DNA of 64,000 bases, from positions 1 through 64,000 of the forward strand of contig OZ316896.1 in the NCBI GenBank assembly GCA_973895155.1, given 5' to 3'. Under the pieces are notes generated by a model. That model saw only the letters and a program-made list of their open reading frames with translations. It ran no database searches and was not told the origin of the DNA. Positions 1 through 11,700 of the stretch are shown here, one piece after another (position 1 is the stretch's first letter; each line of letters starts with the position of its first letter). Source of the stretch: Marsupella aquatica. Its lineage: Eukaryota; Plantae; Marchantiophyta. The position numbers and the translations under genes were made by a program.

Positions 1-80
1 GTCAAACTCACCCCCAATATTCAATAATCATACCAGTACTTAAAAAACTGGTATGCCACATGTGAAAACTGGGGATGACA

Positions 81-124
81 CTCTAAACCCTAAACCATAA
101 ACCCTAAACCCTAAACGCTAACCC
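81..124 (+). repeat. Degenerate interstitial telomeric tract (C-strand), the same sequence in 10 spacers
   Basis: CTCTAAA CCCTAAA CCATAAA CCCTAAA CCCTAAA CGCTAA CCC followed by T8CT5. The same tract starts at 81, 2496, 4698, 7113, 9194, 12696, 15112, 17527, 19942 and 25138. CCCTAAA is the plant telomere repeat. Confidence 0.92.
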
Positions 125-376
125 TTTTTTTTCTTTTTGCTATACTTGTCAAAAAAACGTGCTAGGCGAGCACGTAACGTTCCAAAACGTGCTATTTGCG
201 CAAATCCACCAAAATGAAACGTTTTACCAATACTTTAAAAAAGTCAAAATTACATAAAAAGCCAACTACTCGTACCCCTAGTTGTGATCACCGCGTCGCG
301 ATAGGAGCGTGGACTCACTCCTAGTATGCATACATTGGGGGTGATTCACCCCCAATCTTGACCATCCTCACCCCCA

Positions 377-2791
377 ATGCACGCACCCCCAAAACTGGGG
401 GCCACCCTCACCCTCAACCCCCATGGAACCCCTCCCCCACCCTCACCCCCAGCTCGTTACACCCCCAATGCTACATTAGGGTTGCACACGCCCCCAATGC
501 TACATTAGGGTTGCACACGCCCCCATGTGCACGCACCCCCAAAACTGGGGGCCACCCTCACCCTCAACCCCCATGGAACCCCTCCCCCTCCCTCACCCCC
601 AGCTCGTTACACCCCCAATGCTCAATTAGGGTTGCACACGCCCCCATGTGCACGCACCCCCAAAACTGGGGGCCATCCTCACCCTCAACCCCCATGGAAC
701 CCCTCCCCCACCCTCACCCCCAGCTCGTTACACCCCCAATGCTACAGTAGGGTTGAACAGGCCCCCATGTGCACGCACCCCCAAAACTGGGGGCCATCCT
801 CACCCTCAACCCCCATGGAACCCCTCCCCCACCCTCACCCCCAGCTCGTTACACCCCCAATGCTACAGTAGGGTTGCACAGGCCCCCATGTGCACGCACC
901 CCCAAAACTGGGGGCCATCCTCACCCTCAACCCCCATGGAACCCCTCCCCCACCCTCACCCCCAGCTCGTTACACCCCCAATGCTCAATTAGGGTTGCAC
1001 ACGCCCCCATGTGCACGCACCCCCAAAATTGGGGGCCACCCTCACCCTCAACCCCCATGGAACCCCTCCCCCACCCTCACCCCCAGCTCGTTACACCCCC
1101 AATGCTCAATTAGGGTTGCACACGCCCCCATGTGCACGCACCCCCAAAACTGGGGGCCATCCTCACCCTCAACCCCCATGGAACCCCTCCCCCACCCTCA
1201 CCCCCAGCTCGTTACACCCCCAATGCTACAGTAGGGTTGCACAGGCCCCCATGTGCACGCACCCCCAAAACTGGGGGCCATCCTCACCCTCAACCCCCAT
1301 GGAACCCCTCCCCCACCCTCACCCCCAGCTCGTTACACCCCCAATGCTACAGTAGGGTTGCACAGGCCCCCATGTGCACGCACCCCCAAAACTGGGGGCC
1401 ATCCTCACCCTCAACCCCCATGGAACCCCTCCCCCACCCTCACCCCCAGCTCGTTACACCCCCAATGCTCAATTAGGGTTGCACACGCCCCCATGTGCAC
1501 GCACCCCCAAAATTGGGGGCCACCCTCACCCTCAACCCCCATGGAACCCCTCCCCCACCCTCACCCCCAGCTCGTTACACCCCCAATGCTACAGTAGGGT
1601 TGGAGAGGCCCCCATGTGCACGCACCCCCAAAACTGGGGGCCATCCTCACCCTCAACCCCCATGGAACCCCTCCCCCACCCTCACCCCCAGCTCGTTACA
1701 CCCCCAATGCTCAATTAGGGTTGCACACGCCCCCATGTGCACGCACCCCCAAAACTGGGGGCCATCCTCACCCTCAACCCCCATGGAACCCCTCCCCCAC
1801 CCTCACCCCCAGCTCGTTACACCCCCAATGCTCAATTAGGGTTGCACACGCCCCCATGTGCACGCACCCCCAAAATTGGGGGCCATCCTCACCCTCAACC
1901 CCCATGGAACCCCTCCCCCACCCTCACCCCCAGCTCGTTACACCCCCAATGCTACAGTAGGGTTGCACACGCCCCCATGTGCACGCACCCCCAAAACTGG
2001 GGGCCACCCTCACCCTCAACCCCCATGGAACCCCTCCCCCACCCTCACCCCCTGCTCGTTACACCCCCAATGCTACAGTAGGGTTGCACACGCCCCCATG
2101 TGCACGCACCCCCAAAACTGGGGGCCACCCTCACCCTCAACCCCCATGGAACCCCTCCCCCACCCTCACCCCCAGCTCGTTACACCCCCAATGCTCAATT
2201 AGGGTTGCACACGCCCCCATGTGCACGCACCCCCAAAACTGGGGGCCACCCTCACCCTCAACCCCCATGGAACCCCTCCCCCACCCTCACCCCCAGCTCG
2301 TTACACCCCCAAAAGCTACAGTAGGGTGGCACTCGCCCCCTGGTACACGCACCCCGAAAATTGCGGGGTACCCCCACCCCTAGCCCCTCCAAAATGCGCA
2401 CACAACAAACTGGGGGTCAAACTCACCCCCAATATTCAATAATCATACCAGTACTTAAAAAACTGGTATGCCACATGTGAAAACTGGGGATGACACTCTA
2501 AACCCTAAACCATAAACCCTAAACCCTAAACGCTAACCCTTTTTTTTCTTTTTGCTATACTTGTCAAAAAAACGTGCTAGGCGAGCACGTAACGTTCCAA
2601 AACGTGCTATTTGCGCAAATCCACCAAAATGAAACGTTTTACCAATACTTTAAAAAAGTCAAAATTACATAAAAAGCCAACTACTCGTACCCCTAGTTGT
2701 GATCACCGCGTCGCGATAGGAGCGTGGACTCACTCCTAGTATGCATACATTGGGGGTGATTCACCCCCAATCTTGACCATCCTCACCCCCA
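377..2791. repeat. Canonical 2,415-bp higher-order repeat unit (16 monomers + 29-bp duplication + 450-bp spacer)
   Basis: 16x121+29+450=2415. The same variant order recurs in units starting ~4994, ~12992, ~15408 and ~17823. Confidence 0.93.
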
Positions 2792-5700
2792 ATGCACGCA
2801 CCCCCAAAACTGGGGGCCACCCTCACCCTCAACCCCCATGGAACCCCTCCCCCACCCTCACCCCCAGCTCGTTACACCCCCAATGCTACATTAGGGTTGC
2901 ACACGCCCCCAATGCTACATTAGGGTTGCACACGCCCCCATGTGCACGCACCCCCAAAACTGGGGGCCACCCTCACCCTCAACCCCCATGGAACCCCTCC
3001 CCCTCCCTCACCCCCAGCTCGTTACACCCCCAATGCTCAATTAGGGTTGCACACGCCCCCATGTGCACGCACCCCCAAAACTGGGGGCCATCCTCACCCT
3101 CAACCCCCATGGAACCCCTCCCCCACCCTCACCCCCAGCTCGTTACACCCCCAATGCTACAGTAGGGTTGAACAGGCCCCCATGTGCACGCACCCCCAAA
3201 ACTGGGGGCCATCCTCACCCTCAACCCCCATGGAACCCCTCCCCCACCCTCACCCCCAGCTCGTTACACCCCCAATGCTACAGTAGGGTTGCACAGGCCC
3301 CCATGTGCACGCACCCCCAAAACTGGGGGCCATCCTCACCCTCAACCCCCATGGAACCCCTCCCCCACCCTCACCCCCAGCTCGTTACACCCCCAATGCT
3401 CAATTAGGGTTGCACACGCCCCCATGTGCACGCACCCCCAAAATTGGGGGCCACCCTCACCCTCAACCCCCATGGAACCCCTCCCCCACCCTCACCCCCA
3501 GCTCGTTACACCCCCAATGCTCAATTAGGGTTGCACACGCCCCCATGTGCACGCACCCCCAAAACTGGGGGCCATCCTCACCCTCAACCCCCATGGAACC
3601 CCTCCCCCACCCTCACCCCCAGCTCGTTACACCCCCAATGCTACAGTAGGGTTGCACAGGCCCCCATGTGCACGCACCCCCAAAACTGGGGGCCATCCTC
3701 ACCCTCAACCCCCATGGAACCCCTCCCCCACCCTCACCCCCAGCTCGTTACACCCCCAATGCTACAGTAGGGTTGCACAGGCCCCCATGTGCACGCACCC
3801 CCAAAACTGGGGGCCATCCTCACCCTCAACCCCCATGGAACCCCTCCCCCACCCTCACCCCCAGCTCGTTACACCCCCAATGCTCAATTAGGGTTGCACA
3901 CGCCCCCAATGCTACATTAGGGTTGCACACGCCCCCATGTGCACGCACCCCCAAAACTGGGGGCCACCCTCACCCTCAACCCCCATGGAACCCCTCCCCC
4001 ACCCTCACCCCCAGCTCGTTACACCCCCAATGCTCAATTAGGGTTGCACACGCCCCCATGTGCACGCACCCCCAAAACTGGGGGCCATCCTCACCCTCAA
4101 CCCCCATGGAACCCCTCCCCCACCCTCACCCCCAGCTCGTTACACCCCCAATGCTACAGTAGGGTTGCACACGCCCCCATGTGCACGCACCCCCAAAACT
4201 GGGGGCCACCCTCACCCTCAACCCCCATGGAACCCCTCCCCCACCCTCACCCCCAGCTCGTTACACCCCCAATGCTCAATTAGGGTTGCACACGCCCCCA
4301 TGTGCACGCACCCCCAAAACTGGGGGCCACCCTCACCCTCAACCCCCATGGAACCCCTCCCCCACCCTCACCCCCAGCTCGTTACACCCCCAATGCTCAA
4401 TTAGGGTTGCACACGCCCCCATGTGCACGCACCCCCAAAACTGGGGGCCACCCTCACCCTCAACCCCCATGGAACCCCTCCCCCACCCTCACCCCCAGCT
4501 CGTTACACCCCCAAAAGCTACAGTAGGGTGGCACTCGCCCCCTGGTACACGCACCCCGAAAATTGCGGGGTACCCCCACCCCTAGCCCCTCCAAAATGCG
4601 CACACAACAAACTGGGGGTCAAACTCACCCCCAATATTCAATAATCATACCAGTACTTAAAAAACTGGTATGCCACATGTGAAAACTGGGGATGACACTC
4701 TAAACCCTAAACCATAAACCCTAAACCCTAAACGCTAACCCTTTTTTTTCTTTTTGCTATACTTGTCAAAAAAACGTGCTAGGCGAGCACGTAACGTTCC
4801 AAAACGTGCTATTTGCGCAAATCCACCAAAATGAAACGTTTTACCAATACTTTAAAAAAGTCAAAATTACATAAAAAGCCAACTACTCGTACCCCTAGTT
4901 GTGATCACCGCGTCGCGATAGGAGCGTGGACTCACTCCTAGTATGCATACATTGGGGGTGATTCACCCCCAATCTTGACCATCCTCACCCCCAATGCACG
5001 CACCCCCAAAACTGGGGGCCACCCTCACCCTCAACCCCCATGGAACCCCTCCCCCACCCTCACCCCCAGCTCGTTACACCCCCAATGCTACATTAGGGTT
5101 GCACACGCCCCCAATGCTACATTAGGGTTGCACACGCCCCCATGTGCACGCACCCCCAAAACTGGGGGCCACCCTCACCCTCAACCCCCATGGAACCCCT
5201 CCCCCTCCCTCACCCCCAGCTCGTTACACCCCCAATGCTCAATTAGGGTTGCACACGCCCCCATGTGCACGCACCCCCAAAACTGGGGGCCATCCTCACC
5301 CTCAACCCCCATGGAACCCCTCCCCCACCCTCACCCCCAGCTCGTTACACCCCCAATGCTACAGTAGGGTTGAACAGGCCCCCATGTGCACGCACCCCCA
5401 AAACTGGGGGCCATCCTCACCCTCAACCCCCATGGAACCCCTCCCCCACCCTCACCCCCAGCTCGTTACACCCCCAATGCTACAGTAGGGTTGCACAGGC
5501 CCCCATGTGCACGCACCCCCAAAACTGGGGGCCATCCTCACCCTCAACCCCCATGGAACCCCTCCCCCACCCTCACCCCCAGCTCGTTACACCCCCAATG
5601 CTCAATTAGGGTTGCACACGCCCCCATGTGCACGCACCCCCAAAATTGGGGGCCACCCTCACCCTCAACCCCCATGGAACCCCTCCCCCACCCTCACCCC

Positions 5701-8700
5701 CAGCTCGTTACACCCCCAATGCTCAATTAGGGTTGCACACGCCCCCATGTGCACGCACCCCCAAAACTGGGGGCCATCCTCACCCTCAACCCCCATGGAA
5801 CCCCTCCCCCACCCTCACCCCCAGCTCGTTACACCCCCAATGCTACAGTAGGGTTGCACAGGCCCCCATGTGCACGCACCCCCAAAACTGGGGGCCATCC
5901 TCACCCTCAACCCCCATGGAACCCCTCCCCCACCCTCACCCCCAGCTCGTTACACCCCCAATGCTACAGTAGGGTTGCACAGGCCCCCATGTGCACGCAC
6001 CCCCAAAACTGGGGGCCATCCTCACCCTCAACCCCCATGGAACCCCTCCCCCACCCTCACCCCCAGCTCGTTACACCCCCAATGCTCAATTAGGGTTGCA
6101 CACGCCCCCATGTGCACGCACCCCCAAAATTGGGGGCCACCCTCACCCTCAACCCCCATGGAACCCCTCCCCCACCCTCACCCCCAGCTCGTTACACCCC
6201 CAATGCTACAGTAGGGTTGGAGAGGCCCCCATGTGCACGCACCCCCAAAACTGGGGGCCATCCTCACCCTCAACCCCCATGGAACCCCTCCCCCACCCTC
6301 ACCCCCAGCTCGTTACACCCCCAATGCTCAATTAGGGTTGCACACGCCCCCATGTGCACGCACCCCCAAAACTGGGGGCCATCCTCACCCTCAACCCCCA
6401 TGGAACCCCTCCCCCACCCTCACCCCCAGCTCGTTACACCCCCAATGCTCAATTAGGGTTGCACACGCCCCCATGTGCACGCACCCCCAAAATTGGGGGC
6501 CATCCTCACCCTCAACCCCCATGGAACCCCTCCCCCACCCTCACCCCCAGCTCGTTACACCCCCAATGCTACAGTAGGGTTGCACACGCCCCCATGTGCA
6601 CGCACCCCCAAAACTGGGGGCCACCCTCACCCTCAACCCCCATGGAACCCCTCCCCCACCCTCACCCCCTGCTCGTTACACCCCCAATGCTACAGTAGGG
6701 TTGCACACGCCCCCATGTGCACGCACCCCCAAAACTGGGGGCCACCCTCACCCTCAACCCCCATGGAACCCCTCCCCCACCCTCACCCCCAGCTCGTTAC
6801 ACCCCCAATGCTCAATTAGGGTTGCACACGCCCCCATGTGCACGCACCCCCAAAACTGGGGGCCACCCTCACCCTCAACCCCCATGGAACCCCTCCCCCA
6901 CCCTCACCCCCAGCTCGTTACACCCCCAAAAGCTACAGTAGGGTGGCACTCGCCCCCTGGTACACGCACCCCGAAAATTGCGGGGTACCCCCACCCCTAG
7001 CCCCTCCAAAATGCGCACACAACAAACTGGGGGTCAAACTCACCCCCAATATTCAATAATCATACCAGTACTTAAAAAACTGGTATGCCACATGTGAAAA
7101 CTGGGGATGACACTCTAAACCCTAAACCATAAACCCTAAACCCTAAACGCTAACCCTTTTTTTTCTTTTTGCTATACTTGTCAAAAAAACGTGCTAGGCG
7201 AGCACGTAACGTTCCAAAACGTGCTATTTGCGCAAATCCACCAAAATGAAACGTTTTACCAATACTTTAAAAAAGTCAAAATTACATAAAAAGCCAACTA
7301 CTCGTACCCCTAGTTGTGATCACCGCGTCGCGATAGGAGCGTGGACTCACTCCTAGTATGCATACATTGGGGGTGATTCACCCCCAATCTTGACCATCCT
7401 CACCCCCAATGCACGCACCCCCAAAACTGGGGGCCACCCTCACCCTCAACCCCCATGGAACCCCTCCCCCACCCTCACCCCCAGCTCGTTACACCCCCAA
7501 TGCTACATTAGGGTTGCACACGCCCCCAATGCTACATTAGGGTTGCACACGCCCCCATGTGCACGCACCCCCAAAACTGGGGGCCACCCTCACCCTCAAC
7601 CCCCATGGAACCCCTCCCCCTCCCTCACCCCCAGCTCGTTACACCCCCAATGCTCAATTAGGGTTGCACACGCCCCCATGTGCACGCACCCCCAAAACTG
7701 GGGGCCATCCTCACCCTCAACCCCCATGGAACCCCTCCCCCACCCTCACCCCCAGCTCGTTACACCCCCAATGCTACAGTAGGGTTGAACAGGCCCCCAT
7801 GTGCACGCACCCCCAAAACTGGGGGCCATCCTCACCCTCAACCCCCATGGAACCCCTCCCCCACCCTCACCCCCAGCTCGTTACACCCCCAATGCTACAG
7901 TAGGGTTGCACAGGCCCCCATGTGCACGCACCCCCAAAACTGGGGGCCATCCTCACCCTCAACCCCCATGGAACCCCCCCCCCACCCTCACCCCCAGCTC
8001 GTTACACCCCCAATGCTCAATTAGGGTTGCACACGCCCCCATGTGCACGCACCCCCAAAATTGGGGGCCACCCTCACCCTCAACCCCCATGGAACCCCTC
8101 CCCCACCCTCACCCCCAGCTCGTTACACCCCCAATGCTCAATTAGGGTTGCACACGCCCCCATGTGCACGCACCCCCAAAACTGGGGGCCATCCTCACCC
8201 TCAACCCCCATGGAACCCCTCCCCCACCCTCACCCCCAGCTCGTTACACCCCCAATGCTACAGTAGGGTTGCACAGGCCCCCATGTGCACGCACCCCCAA
8301 AACTGGGGGCCATCCTCACCCTCAACCCCCATGGAACCCCTCCCCCACCCTCACCCCCAGCTCGTTACACCCCCAATGCTACAGTAGGGTTGAACAGGCC
8401 CCCATGTGCACGCACCCCCAAAACTGGGGGCCATCCTCACCCTCAACCCCCATGGAACCCCTCCCCCACCCTCACCCCCAGCTCGTTACACCCCCAATGC
8501 TACATTAGGGTTGCACACGCCCCCAATGCTACATTAGGGTTGCACACGCCCCCATGTGCACGCACCCCCAAAACTGGGGGCCACCCTCACCCTCAACCCC
8601 CATGGAACCCCTCCCCCTCCCTCACCCCCAGCTCGTTACACCCCCAATGCTCAATTAGGGTTGCACACGCCCCCATGTGCACGCACCCCCAAAACTGGGG

Positions 8701-11700
8701 GCCATCCTCACCCTCAACCCCCATGGAACCCCTCCCCCACCCTCACCCCCTGCTCGTTACACCCCCAATGCTACAGTAGGGTTGCACACGCCCCCATGTG
8801 CACGCACCCCCAAAACTGGGGGCCACCCTCACCCTCAACCCCCATGGAACCCCTCCCCCACCCTCACCCCCAGCTCGTTACACCCCCAATGCTCAATTAG
8901 GGTTGCACACGCCCCCATGTGCACGCACCCCCAAAACTGGGGGCCACCCTCACCCTCAACCCCCATGGAACCCCTCCCCCACCCTCACCCCCAGCTCGTT
9001 ACACCCCCAAAAGCTACAGTAGGGTGGCACTCGCCCCCTGGTACACGCACCCCGAAAATTGCGGGGTACCCCCACCCCTAGCCCCTCCAAAATGCGCACA
9101 CAACAAACTGGGGGTCAAACTCACCCCCAATATTCAATAATCATACCAGTACTTAAAAAACTGGTATGCCACATGTGAAAACTGGGGATGACACTCTAAA
9201 CCCTAAACCATAAACCCTAAACCCTAAACGCTAACCCTTTTTTTTCTTTTTGCTATACTTGTCAAAAAAACGTGCTAGGCGAGCACGTAACGTTCCAAAA
9301 CGTGCTATTTGCGCAAATCCACCAAAATGAAACGTTTTACCAATACTTTAAAAAAGTCAAAATTACATAAAAAGCCAACTACTCGTACCCCTAGTTGTGA
9401 TCACCGCGTCGCGATAGGAGCGTGGACTCACTCCTAGTATGCATACATTGGGGGTGATTCACCCCCAATCTTGACCATCCTCACCCCCAATGCACGCACC
9501 CCCAAAACTGGGGGCCACCCTCACCCTCAACCCCCATGGAACCCCTCCCCCACCCTCACCCCCAGCTCGTTACACCCCCAATGCTACATTAGGGTTGCAC
9601 ACGCCCCCAATGCTACATTAGGGTTGCACACGCCCCCATGTGCACGCACCCCCAAAACTGGGGGCCACCCTCACCCTCAACCCCCATGGAACCCCTCCCC
9701 CTCCCTCACCCCCAGCTCGTTACACCCCCAATGCTCAATTAGGGTTGCACACGCCCCCATGTGCACGCACCCCCAAAACTGGGGGCCATCCTCACCCTCA
9801 ACCCCCATGGAACCCCTCCCCCACCCTCACCCCCAGCTCGTTACACCCCCAATGCTACAGTAGGGTTGAACAGGCCCCCATGTGCACGCACCCCCAAAAC
9901 TGGGGGCCATCCTCACCCTCAACCCCCATGGAACCCCTCCCCCACCCTCACCCCCAGCTCGTTACACCCCCAATGCTACAGTAGGGTTGCACAGGCCCCC
10001 ATGTGCACGCACCCCCAAAACTGGGGGCCATCCTCACCCTCAACCCCCATGGAACCCCTCCCCCACCCTCACCCCCAGCTCGTTACACCCCCAATGCTCA
10101 ATTAGGGTTGCACACGCCCCCATGTGCACGCACCCCAAAATTGGGGGCCACCCTCACCCTCAACCCCCATGGAACCCCTCCCCCACCCTCACCCCCAGCT
10201 CGTTACACCCCCAATGCTCAATTAGGGTTGCACACGCCCCCATGTGCACGCACCCCCAAAACTGGGGGCCATCCTCACCCTCAACCCCCATGGAACCCCT
10301 CCCCCACCCTCACCCCCAGCTCGTTACACCCCCAATGCTACAGTAGGGTTGCACAGGCCCCCATGTGCACGCACCCCCAAAACTGGGGGCCATCCTCACC
10401 CTCAACCCCCATGGAACCCCTCCCCCACCCTCACCCCCAGCTCGTTACACCCCCAATGCTACAGTAGGGTTGCACAGGCCCCCATGTGCACGCACCCCCA
10501 AAACTGGGGGCCATCCTCACCCTCAACCCCCATGGAACCCCTCCCCCACCCTCACCCCCAGCTCGTTACACCCCCAATGCTCAATTAGGGTTGCACACGC
10601 CCCCATGTGCACGCACCCCCAAAATTGGGGGCCACCCTCACCCTCAACCCCCATGGAACCCCTCCCCCACCCTCACCCCCAGCTCGTTACACCCCCAATG
10701 CTACAGTAGGGTTGGAGAGGCCCCCATGTGCACGCACCCCCAAAACTGGGGGCCATCCTCACCCTCAACCCCCATGGAACCCCTCCCCCACCCTCACCCC
10801 CAGCTCGTTACACCCCCAATGCTCAATTAGGGTTGCACACGCCCCCATGTGCACGCACCCCCAAAACTGGGGGCCATCCTCACCCTCAACCCCCATGGAA
10901 CCCCTCCCCCACCCTCACCCCCAGCTCGTTACACCCCCAATGCTCAATTAGGGTTGCACACGCCCCCATGTGCACGCACCCCCAAAATTGGGGGCCACCC
11001 TCACCCTCAACCCCCATGGAACCCCTCCCCCACCCTCACCCCCAGCTCGTTACACCCCCAATGCTCAATTAGGGTTGCACACGCCCCCATGTGCACGCAC
11101 CCCCAAAACTGGGGGCCATCCTCACCCTCAACCCCCATGGAACCCCTCCCCCACCCTCACCCCCAGCTCGTTACACCCCCAATGCTACAGTAGGGTTGCA
11201 CAGGCCCCCATGTGCACGCACCCCCAAAATTGGGGGCCACCCTCACCCTCAACCCCCATGGAACCCCTCCCCCACCCTCACCCCCAGCTCGTTACACCCC
11301 CAATGCTCAATTAGGGTTGCACACGCCCCCATGTGCACGCACCCCCAAAACTGGGGGCCATCCTCACCCTCAACCCCCATGGAACCCCTCCCCACCCTCA
11401 CCCCCAGCTCGTTACACCCCCAATGCTACAGTAGGGTTGCACAGGCCCCCATGTGCACGCACCCCCAAAACTGGGGGCCATCCTCACCCTCAACCCCCAT
11501 GGAACCCCTCCCCCACCCTCACCCCCAGCTCGTTACACCCCCAATGCTACAGTAGGGTTGCACAGGCCCCCATGTGCACGCACCCCCAAAACTGGGGGCC
11601 ATCCTCACCCTCAACCCCCATGGAACCCCTCCCCCACCCTCACCCCCAGCTCGTTACACCCCCAATGCTCAATTAGGGTTGCACACGCCCCCATGTGCAC

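Noticed and set aside
2442-2498. Resemblance of ATCATACCAGTACTTAA...ACTGG.AT.CCA to the 5' end of plant 5S rRNA, and the 121-bp monomer length matching 5S
   Set aside because: Only ~10 nt match exactly, and a local inverted repeat explains the pattern. There is no intact box A/IE/box C, and the monomer has no 5S similarity. An Rfam RF00001 search would settle it.
2342-2553. Telomerase RNA gene (CTAAACCCT template followed by T-run)
   Set aside because: It has 5-6 repeats rather than ~1.5, no recognisable USE/TATA upstream, and the T-run comes immediately after the repeats, leaving no room for the pseudoknot or 3' domains.
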